Below, in pieces: positions 30,301 through 39,973 of a stretch of DNA of 64,000 nucleotides. This stretch comes from an uncultured Candidatus Rokubacteria bacterium (GTDB taxonomy: Bacteria; Methylomirabilota; Methylomirabilia; Rokubacteriales; CSP1-6). The stretch covers positions 832,001-896,000 of the forward strand of contig CAVXJS010000011.1 in the NCBI GenBank assembly GCA_963762145.1. Reading direction: 5' to 3'. The notes under the pieces are model-generated. The model did no database searches, was not told the DNA's origin, and saw only the letters and a list, made by a program, of their open reading frames with translations. The position numbers and the translations under genes were made by a program. Each line of letters begins with the position of its first letter. Position 1 is the first letter of the stretch.

Positions 30301-31307
30301 CGCGGCCGTCCGCGCGCACGCTGTCGGTGATCGACTACCACACCGAGGGCGAGCCGATGCGGTTCATCGTGGACGGGGTGCCCCGCCTTCCCGGAGCCTC
30401 CCTGATGGAGCAGAGCGAGTACCTGGTCGCGCACGGCCGCGACCTGCTCGGCATGGTCCTCCACGAGCCGCGCGGCCACGCCGCCATGTGCGGCGCGATC
30501 CTGACCGACCCGGTGACGCCGGGGGCCGACGTCGGCGTGCTCTTCATCGAGCCGCTCGGCCCGGTGCACATGTGTGGGCACGGCGCCATCGCGCTCGGCG
30601 CCATGCTGGTGGAGACCGGCCGCGTGGCCGCGCCGGGCGGCGACGCCACCGTGACGCTCGACACGCCCGCCGGCCTCGTGGCGTGCCGGGTGTCGAGCCG
30701 GGCGGGGCAGCCGACCGCGGTCACGATCCGCAACGTGCCCGCGTTCTCGGTGGGGCTCGACCTCCACGTCGACGTGCCCGGGCTGGGCCGCGTGGCATTC
30801 GACCTGGCCTACGGCGGCCACTTCTACGCGCTCGTGGAAGCGGCGGCGTGCGGGCTCACCCTCGAGGCGAAGGAGGCGGGCCGCCTCGTCGAGATCGGCG
30901 AGCGGATCCGTCTCGCGATCGAGGCGCGCGTGCCGCTGGTCCATCCCGCGATGCCCGCCGCGCGCGGGCTCCTCTACGTGCAGTTCTACGGGCCGGCGCG
31001 CCGGGCCGACGCCCAGCTCCGCAACGCGGTCGTGGTCGCCCCCGCGGGCCTCGATCGCTCGCCCTGCGGGACCGGGACCTCGGCGCGGCTCGCCAACCTG
31101 CACGCGCGCGGGCGGCTCGGCGTGGGGGAGGTCTTCGGCCACGAGTCCATCATCGGCACGCTCTTCACCGGGCGAATCGCGGCGCTCACCGAGGTGGCGG
31201 GGACCCCGGCGGTGGTCCCGGAGATCACCGGACGAGCCTGGATGACGTCCCGCGCCACCCTCTCGCTCGATCCCAGCGATCCCTTTCCCGGCGGCTTCCT
31301 GCTCTGA
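30297..31307 (+). CDS. Proline racemase/hydroxyproline epimerase family
   Basis: HTEGEP, EPRGH and catalytic MCGH plus DRSPCGTGTSA (Cys/Cys pair). Confidence 0.92.
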   Translation: MTRPSARTLSVIDYHTEGEPMRFIVDGVPRLPGASLMEQSEYLVAHGRDLLGMVLHEPRGHAAMCGAILTDPVTPGADVGVLFIEPLGPVHMCGHGAIALGAMLVETGRVAAPGGDATVTLDTPAGLVACRVSSRAGQPTAVTIRNVPAFSVGLDLHVDVPGLGRVAFDLAYGGHFYALVEAAACGLTLEAKEAGRLVEIGERIRLAIEARVPLVHPAMPAARGLLYVQFYGPARRADAQLRNAVVVAPAGLDRSPCGTGTSARLANLHARGRLGVGEVFGHESIIGTLFTGRIAALTEVAGTPAVVPEITGRAWMTSRATLSLDPSDPFPGGFLL

Positions 31308-31331
31308 CCGGGCCGCGCGTGGGCGCTTTTA

Positions 31332-31361
31332 TTGACACGTCGGCGGGTCCTGTGTTGTCCT
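31332..31361 (+). promoter_or_regulatory. Sigma70-like promoter, probably giving a leaderless transcript
   Basis: TTGACA-18-TGTCCT with ATG 7 nt downstream. Confidence 0.45.
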
Positions 31362-31368
31362 GGATCGG

Positions 31369-31803
31369 ATGAGTCTCATCCCTCGGGTGCTCGTCCGGCG
31401 GTGGCTCGAGGGGATGCTGGCGTTCGTCTCGGTCGCCATCCTGTACTTCACGCATCGCCCGGAGGCGCTGCCCCGCGCGCTCGACCTCAGCAACGACAGC
31501 GGGCTGTCCCTGTGGGATTGGATCTTCCGGGGCATGGCGTTCGGTCTGCTGGGCGTCTGGGGCTTCTCCGCGATCGTGGTGGGATTCTTCCTGCTCTACT
31601 CGCCGATCTACGTCATCAACAAGGCGCCGCACCTCGTGGGCAAGGGCGGGTGGCTCGACCGTCGTGAAGTGCGCTTCTACCTGGCGTGCTTCGCGCTCGT
31701 GTGCCTCATCGTCATCCTGATGACGCGGTCGTTCGACGCGGCGGGTGTGGTGTTCATCATCCTCGCCGGCTTCGGCCCGGTGGTCTGGCGGATGCTGGTC
31801 TAG
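31369..31803 (+). CDS. Hypothetical membrane protein (about 4 TM)
   Basis: 144 aa, hydrophobic, host-like codon usage. Confidence 0.75.
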   Translation: MSLIPRVLVRRWLEGMLAFVSVAILYFTHRPEALPRALDLSNDSGLSLWDWIFRGMAFGLLGVWGFSAIVVGFFLLYSPIYVINKAPHLVGKGGWLDRREVRFYLACFALVCLIVILMTRSFDAAGVVFIILAGFGPVVWRMLV

Positions 31804-31814
31804 CCTCACCGCGG

Positions 31815-31843
31815 TTGACAGGTCTCGGCGCGTTGTCTATCCT
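31815..31843 (+). promoter_or_regulatory. Sigma70 promoter for HNH-uvrB-uvrC
   Basis: TTGACA-17-TATCCT. Confidence 0.75.
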
Positions 31844-31853
31844 AGCCGGGTAT

Positions 31854-32384
31854 ATGGATGAAATCGCGGTGTTGGTGCTGAACTACACCTACGAGCCGCT
31901 GCATTTCACCAACGCGAAGCGGGCCATCACGCTGCTCCTGGCGGGCAAGGCCGAGAGCGTCGAGGCGTCGCCCCGCGTGATCCGGTCCCCCTCACGGAGC
32001 TTCCACCTTCCCGCGGTGATCCGCCTCGGGGCCTACATCCGGAAGCCCTTCCTGGAGCGGGTGGCCTTCAACAAGAAGAACATCCTGCGGCGGGACGGGT
32101 ATACCTGCCAGTACTGCTCGCGACGCGGGGAGAAGCTCACGGTGGATCACGTCGTCCCGCGCTCCCGCGGGGGCCAGACCACCTGGACCAATGTGGTGGC
32201 CGCCTGCCTGCGCTGCAACCTGCTCAAGGGCAACCGCATGCTGGACGAGGCGCGGCTGCGGCTGATCCGGGAGCCCGTGCACCCGCAATTCCTCTTCTCG
32301 GTGCACCTGCTCCGGCATCCGCACGCGACCTCGTTCCTCGACTCGTGGCGGAAGTACCTGGTGGCGGTGCCCTCGACGTCCTGA
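31854..32384 (+). CDS. HNH endonuclease (McrA-like, two CxxC pairs)
   Basis: [37 protein letters not shown] and [15 protein letters not shown]. Confidence 0.92.
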   Translation: MDEIAVLVLNYTYEPLHFTNAKRAITLLLAGKAESVEASPRVIRSPSRSFHLPAVIRLGAYIRKPFLERVAFNKKNILRRDGYTCQYCSRRGEKLTVDHVVPRSRGGQTTWTNVVAACLRCNLLKGNRMLDEARLRLIREPVHPQFLFSVHLLRHPHATSFLDSWRKYLVAVPSTS

Positions 32385-32391
32385 GGTCCCT

Positions 32392-34437
32392 CTGAGCCAC
32401 CAGCTGTCCAAGCCGCTGTTCACGCTCGCCTCGGAGTTCAGACCGTCCGGGGATCAGCCGGAGGCGATCGAGCGCCTGGTCTCGATCATCGGGGCGGGGA
32501 GTCCCCACACCGTCCTGCTGGGGGTCACCGGCAGCGGCAAGACCTTCACGCTCGCCAACCTGATCACGCGGCTCAGCCGGCCCGCGCTGGTGATCTCGCC
32601 CAACAAGACGCTGGCCGCCCAGCTCTACAGCGAGTTCAAGGCGTTCTTTCCGGAGAACGCGGTCGAGTACTTCGTCTCCTACTACGACTACTACCAGCCG
32701 GAAGCCTACATTCCGCAGTCGGACACCTACATCGAGAAGGACGCGCTGGTGAACGACGAGATCGACCGCATGCGGCACTCGGCGACCACGTCGCTCTTCG
32801 AGCGCCGCGACGTGGTGGTGGTCGCCTCGGTGTCCTGCATCTACGGCATCGGCGAGCCCGAGACCTACCACGGCATGCACGTCTCGCTGCGGCCGGGCCA
32901 GACCATGGACCGGGACGCCCTCATCCGGGCCCTGGTCGCGGTGCAGTACGAGCGCAACGACTACGACTTCCGGCGCGGCACCTTCCGGGTGCGGGGCGAC
33001 GTGGTCGAGGTGTTCCCGGCCGCCGCCGAATCGGAGGCGCTGCGGGTGGAGTTCTGGGGCGACAGCGTCGAGCGGCTCATGACCATCGATCCCCTCCGCG
33101 GGGTCACCACCGGCACGGTGGGAGACGCCCGGATCTATCCCGCGAGCCACTACGTGACCCCCGCCGCCCAGCTCGAGCGCGCGATCGAGGGCATCATGGA
33201 CGAGCTGCGCGAGCGGCTCGGCTTCCTCAAGGCGCGTGGCCGGCTGCTGGAGGCGCAGCGTCTCGAGCAGCGCACGCTCTTCGACATGGAGATGCTGCGC
33301 GAGCTCGGTTATTGCCACGGGGTCGAGAACTACTCGCGGCACCTCTCCGGGCGCAAGCCGGGACAGAACCCGCCGACCCTGATGGACTACCTCCCCAAGG
33401 ACGCGCTGGTCATCCTCGACGAGTCGCACGTGACCGCGCCGCAGGTCCGCGGCATGTACCCGGGGGACCGCTCGCGCAAGGAGGCGCTCGTCGAGTACGG
33501 CTTCCGCCTGCCCTCGGCCTTCGACAACCGGCCGCTCACCTTCGCGGAGTTCACCCGTCTCGTCCCGCAGACCCTCTACGTCTCCGCCACCCCGGGCCCC
33601 TACGAGCTGGAGCGCGCCGGGGTGGTGCGCGGGGAGCCGGGGAGCCCGCTCGCGGGCGGATCGGTGGCGGAGCAGATCATCCGGCCGACCGGGCTCATGG
33701 ACCCGATCATCACGGTGCGGCCCGCCTCCTCGCAGGTGGACGATCTCATGGGGGAGGTGCGGGCCCGCGCGGAGCGCGACGAGCGGGTGCTCATCACCAC
33801 GCTCACCAAGCGCATGGCCGAGGATCTCACCGAGTACTATCAGCAGAACGGTTTGCGCGTCCGCTACCTGCACTCCGACATCGACACCCTGGAGCGGGTC
33901 GCCCTCATCCGCGACCTCCGCCTGGGCAAGTTCGACGGCCTCATCGGCATCAACCTGCTGCGGGAGGGGCTCGACCTGCCCGAGGTCTCGCTGGTCGCGA
34001 TCCTGGACGCGGACAAGGAAGGCTACCTCCGCTCCGCCACGTCGCTGATCCAGACCTCCGGCCGCGCCGCGCGCCACGTGAACGGTGAGGTGATCATGTA
34101 CGCGGACACCGTCACCGGCTCGATGAAGGCGGCCCTCGCGGAGACCGAGCGCCGCCGCGTGGTGCAGGGGGAGTACAATCGCGTGCACGGGATCACCCCG
34201 GAGTCGGTGCGCCGCTCGATCCGGGACCTGCTGGAGTCGGTCCCCGAGCGCGACTACTACACGGTGGAGGTGGAGCGCGCGCCCCAGACGCAGTGGGAGA
34301 GCCCCGCCGCCCTCGCGGCCCACGTGAAGGAGCTGGAGGGCTCGATGAAGGACGCGGCGCGCCGGCTCGACTTCGAGCGGGCCGCCGAGCTGCGCGATCG
34401 CATCAAGGCCCTCCGGAAGGTCGACCTGGGCGTCTGA
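32392..34437 (+). CDS. uvrB: Excinuclease ABC subunit B; start codon non-canonical or uncertain
   Basis: [45 protein letters not shown] and C-terminal UVR domain. Confidence 0.95.
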   Translation: MSHQLSKPLFTLASEFRPSGDQPEAIERLVSIIGAGSPHTVLLGVTGSGKTFTLANLITRLSRPALVISPNKTLAAQLYSEFKAFFPENAVEYFVSYYDYYQPEAYIPQSDTYIEKDALVNDEIDRMRHSATTSLFERRDVVVVASVSCIYGIGEPETYHGMHVSLRPGQTMDRDALIRALVAVQYERNDYDFRRGTFRVRGDVVEVFPAAAESEALRVEFWGDSVERLMTIDPLRGVTTGTVGDARIYPASHYVTPAAQLERAIEGIMDELRERLGFLKARGRLLEAQRLEQRTLFDMEMLRELGYCHGVENYSRHLSGRKPGQNPPTLMDYLPKDALVILDESHVTAPQVRGMYPGDRSRKEALVEYGFRLPSAFDNRPLTFAEFTRLVPQTLYVSATPGPYELERAGVVRGEPGSPLAGGSVAEQIIRPTGLMDPIITVRPASSQVDDLMGEVRARAERDERVLITTLTKRMAEDLTEYYQQNGLRVRYLHSDIDTLERVALIRDLRLGKFDGLIGINLLREGLDLPEVSLVAILDADKEGYLRSATSLIQTSGRAARHVNGEVIMYADTVTGSMKAALAETERRRVVQGEYNRVHGITPESVRRSIRDLLESVPERDYYTVEVERAPQTQWESPAALAAHVKELEGSMKDAARRLDFERAAELRDRIKALRKVDLGV

Positions 34438-34441
34438 GCGA

Positions 34442-34651
34442 ATGGTCTTCAAGTGGGCGCTGATCGTCTTCGGGGTGGCCGCGGCGGTCCTGTTCGTGCT
34501 CACGAAGGTCATCGTGTTCCTGAACCCGCCGCGACCGGGCCGGCCCGCCCCGCTCATGCTGGGCCGCGTGCAGCGGGCGCTCACGTGGACCGTCCTGGTG
34601 CCCGCGGCGCTGGCCCTCGTCCTGCTCGTGGTGACGTTGTTACGGCAGTGA
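34442..34651 (+). CDS. Small two-TM membrane protein
   Basis: 69 aa with two hydrophobic helices; fills the uvrB-uvrC gap. Confidence 0.6.
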   Translation: MVFKWALIVFGVAAAVLFVLTKVIVFLNPPRPGRPAPLMLGRVQRALTWTVLVPAALALVLLVVTLLRQ

Positions 34652-34673
34652 CCGCCTGGCGAGGCGAGCGCCC

Positions 34674-36506
34674 GTGACCCTCGACGAGAAGATCGACCAG
34701 GTGCCCGATCGGCCGGGCGTCTACCTCTACAAGGACACCAAGGCCCAGATCATCTACATCGGCAAGGCCGCGTCACTGCGCAGCCGCGTGCGGTCCTACT
34801 TCCAGGAGTCGCGGGCGCGCGATCCGAAGACCGACGCGCTCGTCGGCCACATCCGCGACCTCGAGTACATCGTCACCGCGAACGAGCTCGAGGCGATGAT
34901 CCTCGAGTCCACCCTCGTCAAGAAGCATCGTCCCCGGTACAACATCATCCTGCGGGACGACAAGCACTATCCGTTCCTCAAGCTCACCACCAACGAGGAA
35001 TTCCCGCGCCTGGTGGTGGCCCGCCGGGTGCAGAAGGACGGCGCGACCTACTTCGGGCCGTTCTACCCCGCCACCGCGATGCGGGAGACGCTGCGCCTCG
35101 TGCGCCAGCTCTTCCCCCTGCGCACCTGCCGCATCAAGATCGACGGGACGCTCTCCCGCCCGTGCCTGCAGTACTACATCCACCGCTGCAATGCCCCCTG
35201 CACGGGCTGGGAGACCGAGGAGGGGTACGCGCGGACGGTGCAGGACGTGGCGCGCTTCCTCGAGGGCAAGAACGACGACCTCGCGGCCCGGCTCACCCGG
35301 GAGATGGAGGCCGCGGCCGAGGAGATGAAGTTCGAGCGGGCCGCCGCCCTGCGCGACCGGATCCAGGCGCTCAACACGGTACGGGAGCGCCAGCAGATGA
35401 TCTCCATCGAGGAAGAGGACCAGGACGTGGTCGGGGTGGTGCGCCAGGGCTCGGAGGCCTGCGTGCAGCTCTTCTTCGTGCGCAAGGGGCGGCTGCTCGG
35501 CCGGGAGTCGTTCTTCTTCGAGCGGGTGGCCGGCGCGAGCGACGGCGAGATCCTCTCCGCCTTCCTCCGCCAGTTCTACGCCAAGAACGTGGTGCCGCCC
35601 CCCGAGATCCTGCTCTCGGAGACGCCGCCCGAGATCGACCTCACCGGGGAATGGCTGGTCCAGCGTCGGGGCGGCCGCGTCGAGCTGCTCGCCCCGCAGC
35701 GCGGGCGCAAGCGCGACCTGGTCGCGATGGCCGAGGAGAACGCGGCGCTCGCGCTCCAGACGCACCTCCTCGCGCGCGGCAGCCGGCAGCAGGTGGTGCT
35801 CGAGGATCTCGAGCGCTCGCTCGCGCTGCCCGGGCCGCCGCATCGGATCGAGTGCTTCGACATCTCGACGCACCAGGGAACGGAGACGGTCGCGTCCATG
35901 GTGGTGTGGCAGGACGGCGAGATGAAGAAGGACGACTACAAGCGCTTCAAGATCCGCACCGTGGTCGGCACCGACGACTTCGCGTCCATGCAGGAGGTGC
36001 TGAGCCGTCGCTACGGGCGCGCGCTGGAGAGCGAGGGCGTGCTGCCCGACCTCATCCTCCTCGACGGCGGACGCGGGCAGCTCGGAGCGGGGATGAAGGC
36101 GCTCGAGGACCTGGGACTCGACTACATTCCGCTCGCCGCGCTCGCCAAGCGCGCCGAGGAGGTGTACACCCCGGATCGGCTCCAGCCGCTCGTGCTGGAT
36201 CTGGGGTCGCCCGCGCTGCAGGCGCTGCAGAAGATCCGCGACGAGGCGCATCGCTTCGCCATCACCTACCACCGGAAGCTGCGTCAGCGACGGGCCATCG
36301 CCTCCGTGCTCGACCAGATTCCCGGGGTCGGGCCGGCCCTCCGCACGAGCCTGCTCAAGACGCTGGGCTCCGCCAAGGGCGTGCGGGCGGCCTCGGTCGC
36401 CGACCTGGCGTCGGTCCCGAAAATCACCCCGAAGCTGGCCCAACGGATCTATGATTTCTTCCACCCGAGCCCGGCGGGGGAACCTTCCGAGAGCCGGGGG
36501 GGTTAA
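34674..36506 (+). CDS. uvrC: Excinuclease ABC subunit C
   Basis: GIY-YIG (PGVYLY..IYIGKA), RIECFDIS, LDGGRGQL, RDEAHRFA and HhH. Confidence 0.96.
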   Translation: MTLDEKIDQVPDRPGVYLYKDTKAQIIYIGKAASLRSRVRSYFQESRARDPKTDALVGHIRDLEYIVTANELEAMILESTLVKKHRPRYNIILRDDKHYPFLKLTTNEEFPRLVVARRVQKDGATYFGPFYPATAMRETLRLVRQLFPLRTCRIKIDGTLSRPCLQYYIHRCNAPCTGWETEEGYARTVQDVARFLEGKNDDLAARLTREMEAAAEEMKFERAAALRDRIQALNTVRERQQMISIEEEDQDVVGVVRQGSEACVQLFFVRKGRLLGRESFFFERVAGASDGEILSAFLRQFYAKNVVPPPEILLSETPPEIDLTGEWLVQRRGGRVELLAPQRGRKRDLVAMAEENAALALQTHLLARGSRQQVVLEDLERSLALPGPPHRIECFDISTHQGTETVASMVVWQDGEMKKDDYKRFKIRTVVGTDDFASMQEVLSRRYGRALESEGVLPDLILLDGGRGQLGAGMKALEDLGLDYIPLAALAKRAEEVYTPDRLQPLVLDLGSPALQALQKIRDEAHRFAITYHRKLRQRRAIASVLDQIPGVGPALRTSLLKTLGSAKGVRAASVADLASVPKITPKLAQRIYDFFHPSPAGEPSESRGG

Positions 36507-36545
36507 GCGTCCGAGCAGGACTACACCGAAAAGGGGGTGACGCGC

Positions 36546-36794
36546 ATGAAGATGCTCATGATGGCGATCGCGATGGTGACCCTGGCCGCCGCGCCGGTGC
36601 TGGCCAACCAGTGCCCGCTGCTGGTCAAGCAGGTTCAGGATGCGACGGCGGGCAAGACCGACGACGCCTCCAAGAAGGCGATGGCGTTGGCCAACGAGGC
36701 CAAGGCGCTCCACGATGCCGGCAAGCACGCCGAGTCGGTGGCGAAGGCCGACGAGGCTGCGAAGGCGATCAACCTCACCCTGAAGAAGAAGTAG
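36546..36794 (+). CDS. Small secreted Ala/Lys-rich helical protein
   Basis: Purine-rich SD; signal peptide ending PVLA-NQCPLL. Confidence 0.75.
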   Translation: MKMLMMAIAMVTLAAAPVLANQCPLLVKQVQDATAGKTDDASKKAMALANEAKALHDAGKHAESVAKADEAAKAINLTLKKK

Positions 36795-36805
36795 AGCCGG
36801 TTCCA

Positions 36806-36847
36806 CTCCCGGGGGCCGCCGCCCCAGGCCCCCGGGAGCCGTTTCTT
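36806..36847 (+). terminator. Intrinsic terminator-like hairpin
   Basis: CTCCCGGGGGCC / GGCCCCCGGGAG 12-bp stem followed by CCGTTTCTT. Confidence 0.6.
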
Positions 36848-36884
36848 GCGCCTCCCGCCTAAGCGTGTAAAAATCAGCGCCAAT

Positions 36885-39440
36885 ATGGCCCTCGACGAGC
36901 GTCAGGATCGTTACCCCTTTCCGGAGATCGAGGCCAGGTGGCAGAAGGCCTGGGCGGACGCCAAGCAGTTCAAGGTCACCGAGGAGCCCGGTCGCCCCAA
37001 GTACTACTGCCTCGAGATGTTCCCGTACCCGTCCGGCCGCATCCACATGGGCCACGTGCGGGTCTACGCGATCGGCGATCTGCTGGCCCGCTACAAGTGG
37101 ATGCGAGGCTTCAACGTGCTGCACCCGATGGGCTGGGACGCTTTCGGGCTGCCGGCCGAGAACGCGGCCATCGACAACGGGGTGCACCCCGCGGTGTGGA
37201 CGTACGAGAACATCGAGAACATGCGCACGCAGCTCAAGCGCATGGGCATCTCCTACGACTGGGACCGCGAGGTGGCCACCTGCGATCCCGCCTACTACAA
37301 GTGGGAGCAGCTCGTGTTCATCCGGATGCTCGAGCGCGGGCTCGCCTACCGGCGCCGCTCGCGCGTGAACTGGTGCCCGTCGTGCCAGACCGTGCTCGCC
37401 AACGAGCAGGTGGAGGCGGGCCGGTGCTGGCGCTGCGATTCCGAGGTGACGATCCGCGAGATCGACGGCTGGTTCTTCAAGATCACCGACTACGCCCAGG
37501 AGCTGCTCGACTGGTGCGACCGGCTGCCCGGCTGGCCGGAGCGGGTGCTCACCATGCAGCGCAACTGGATCGGCCGCAGCGAGGGCGCCGAGTTCGCGCT
37601 GCCGGTGGCGGGCCGGCCGGATCTCAGGATCCCGATCTTCACCACGCGTCCCGATACCTCCTTCGGCATGACCTACGCGGTGCTCTCGCCCGAGCACCCG
37701 CTGGTGGACAGCCTCGCGGTGGACGCGGAGGAGCGCCGCCGGATCGACGCCTTCCGGGCCGAGGTCGCGCGCGAGACCGAGATCGAGCGGCTCGCCACCG
37801 ACCGGCCGAAGCGCGGCCTGCGCCTGCAGGCCCGGGCGACCAACCCCTTCAACCGGCAGGAGATCCCGCTCTTCCTCGCCGACTACGTGCTGATGGGCTA
37901 CGGGACCGGGGCGATCATGGCGGTGCCGGGCGAGGATCAGCGCGACTGGGATTTCGCCAAGGCGCACGACCTGCCGATCGTCGCTACCGTGAAGCGGCCC
38001 GCGGACTGGAAGGACGAGCAGGCCTACACCGGTGACGGCGTGAAGATCAACTCCGGCTTTCTCGATGGCCTCGGGATCGAGGAGGCCAAGCGCAAGGCGA
38101 TCGACTGGCTCGTGACCCAGGGGATCGGTCAGGCCAAGATCAACTTCCGCCTCCGAGACTGGGGGATCAGCCGGCAGCGGTACTGGGGCGCGCCGATCCC
38201 GGTGCTCTACTGCGAGAAGGACGGCATGGTGCCGGAGCGGGAGGAGAACCTGCCGGTGGTGCTGCCCCGCGACGTGCAGATCAGCGGCAAGGGCGGCTCG
38301 CCGCTCGCGGAGGTGGCGAGCTTCGTCAACGCGGTGTGCCCGAAGTGCGGGGGCCCCGCCCGGCGCGACACCGACACCATGGATACCTTCGTGGAGTCGT
38401 CCTGGTACTTCCTCCGCTACTGCTCGCCGACCTACGACCGCGGCATGTTCGAGCCGGCCGCGGCCGCCTACTGGATGCCGGTGGACCAGTACATCGGCGG
38501 CATCGAGCACGCGGTGCTGCACCTGCTGTACGCGCGCTTCTACACCAAGGCCCTGCGCGACCTCGGGATGCTGAAGGTGGACGAGCCATTCCGGGCCCTG
38601 CTCTCGCAGGGCATGGTCATCAAGGACGGGGCCAAGATGTCGAAGTCGAAGGGCAACGTGGTGGATCCCGACGATCTCATCCGACGCTACGGGGCCGACA
38701 CCGCGCGCCTCTTCTCGCTCTTCGCGGCCCCCCCCGAGAAGGACCTCGACTGGAACGACCGCGGCGTCGAGGGCGCCTCCCGCTTCCTCAATCGCATCTG
38801 GCGTTTTGTGCATACGCACCTCGCCGAACTGAATGGGGCAGTGGCTTGGCGAGGTGCAGCCGAAGGCGAGCCGAGCGAATACAAAAAGGAAGTCACCGTG
38901 TCCGCGGGGCACGCAATCAGTGACGCGGGCCGCGCCTTCCGGCGCGTGATACACGAGACGATCCAGAAGGTGACGCACGACATCGAGCACGACTTCCACT
39001 TCAACACCGCGATCAGTGCGGTGATGGAGCTCGTGAACGCGCTCCACGACTTCGAGCGCACGTCGCTGGACGGGATGGCGCGGCCGGAGCGGAGCGCCCT
39101 GCTGCGGGAAGCGGTGGAGGCCACGATCCTCCTGCTCGGGCCGGTGTCGCCCCACATCACCGAGGAGCTGTGGGCCGCGCTCGGCCACCGCGAGAGCCTG
39201 TTCAGGCGATCGTGGCCCGTCGCGGACGCGGCCGCGCTCGCGCGCGACGAGGTGGAGATCGTGGTCCAGGTGGACGGGCGCGTGCGGGGCCGCCTCACCG
39301 CGGCGGTCGGCGCCCGGGAGGCGGAGATCCGCGAGATGGCCCTCGCCGACGGCAAGGTGCTCCCGTGGCTCGACGGGCGCCAGGTCGCCAAGGTGGTCGT
39401 GGTGCCCGGGCGCCTCGTCAACATCGTGACCCGTGGCTGA
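36885..39440 (+). CDS. leuS: Leucine--tRNA ligase
   Basis: MFPYPSGRIHMGH, FTTRPDT, GYGTGAIMAVP and KMSKS. Confidence 0.97.
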   Translation: MALDERQDRYPFPEIEARWQKAWADAKQFKVTEEPGRPKYYCLEMFPYPSGRIHMGHVRVYAIGDLLARYKWMRGFNVLHPMGWDAFGLPAENAAIDNGVHPAVWTYENIENMRTQLKRMGISYDWDREVATCDPAYYKWEQLVFIRMLERGLAYRRRSRVNWCPSCQTVLANEQVEAGRCWRCDSEVTIREIDGWFFKITDYAQELLDWCDRLPGWPERVLTMQRNWIGRSEGAEFALPVAGRPDLRIPIFTTRPDTSFGMTYAVLSPEHPLVDSLAVDAEERRRIDAFRAEVARETEIERLATDRPKRGLRLQARATNPFNRQEIPLFLADYVLMGYGTGAIMAVPGEDQRDWDFAKAHDLPIVATVKRPADWKDEQAYTGDGVKINSGFLDGLGIEEAKRKAIDWLVTQGIGQAKINFRLRDWGISRQRYWGAPIPVLYCEKDGMVPEREENLPVVLPRDVQISGKGGSPLAEVASFVNAVCPKCGGPARRDTDTMDTFVESSWYFLRYCSPTYDRGMFEPAAAAYWMPVDQYIGGIEHAVLHLLYARFYTKALRDLGMLKVDEPFRALLSQGMVIKDGAKMSKSKGNVVDPDDLIRRYGADTARLFSLFAAPPEKDLDWNDRGVEGASRFLNRIWRFVHTHLAELNGAVAWRGAAEGEPSEYKKEVTVSAGHAISDAGRAFRRVIHETIQKVTHDIEHDFHFNTAISAVMELVNALHDFERTSLDGMARPERSALLREAVEATILLLGPVSPHITEELWAALGHRESLFRRSWPVADAAALARDEVEIVVQVDGRVRGRLTAAVGAREAEIREMALADGKVLPWLDGRQVAKVVVVPGRLVNIVTRG

Positions 39441-39954
39441 GCCGGCCCGCCTCTCCCGCCGGGACTTCGGGCTGGCCCTGGCCGCCGGCCTGCTGGCCGG
39501 CTGCGGCTACAGCACGAAGGGCAACCTGCCCGATCACATCAAGACGGTCGCGGTGCCCATCTTCAAGAACCGCACCCTCGAGCCGTTGGTGGAGAGCGCG
39601 GTCACGTCCGGGGTGGTCAACGCCTTCTCCAGCGGCGGACGCGTGCGGGTGGTGCCGATCGCAGAGGCCGACGCCATCCTCGAGGGCGAGGTGACGGGCT
39701 ACTCGCTCGAGGGCACCGCCTTCGACCGGACCCAGGTCATCCGTGCCTACCGGCTGCGACTCACGCTGAACGTGGAGTTCCGGGACGTGAGGCAGAGCGC
39801 CCTGCTCTGGCGGCAGGAAGGGCTGCAGGAGACGGCCGACTTCCAGGTGGAGGGCAGCGTGTCGGACACGGTGGCCCGCGGGCAGGGGGCCGTGGTGCAG
39901 GCCGCGACCGAGATCGGGCGCAAGGTCGTCAACCTGGCGCTGGATCGCTTCTAG
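39433..39954 (+). CDS. lptE: LPS assembly lipoprotein LptE
   Basis: Lipobox LAGC-GY; conserved position between leuS and holA. Confidence 0.85.
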   Translation: MAEPARLSRRDFGLALAAGLLAGCGYSTKGNLPDHIKTVAVPIFKNRTLEPLVESAVTSGVVNAFSSGGRVRVVPIAEADAILEGEVTGYSLEGTAFDRTQVIRAYRLRLTLNVEFRDVRQSALLWRQEGLQETADFQVEGSVSDTVARGQGAVVQAATEIGRKVVNLALDRF

Positions 39955-39973
39955 TGGCCGCGCGGCCGTAGCG

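Noticed and set aside
31854-32384. HNH protein as a Cas9/IscB-like or restriction effector
   Set aside because: It is a stand-alone 176-aa HNH with no RuvC motifs, array, methylase or neighbouring ncRNA.
33610-33670. Short extra loop in UvrB ([14 protein letters not shown]) as another repeat insertion
   Set aside because: Host-like codons, no match to the other repeats, and apparently a variable loop.
12231-39188. Very long antisense or alternate-frame ORFs (12231..15842, 23302..27618, 34773..39188 and others)
   Set aside because: Shadow ORFs expected in high-GC DNA opposite real genes. Only the reductase part of 23302..27618 is real.
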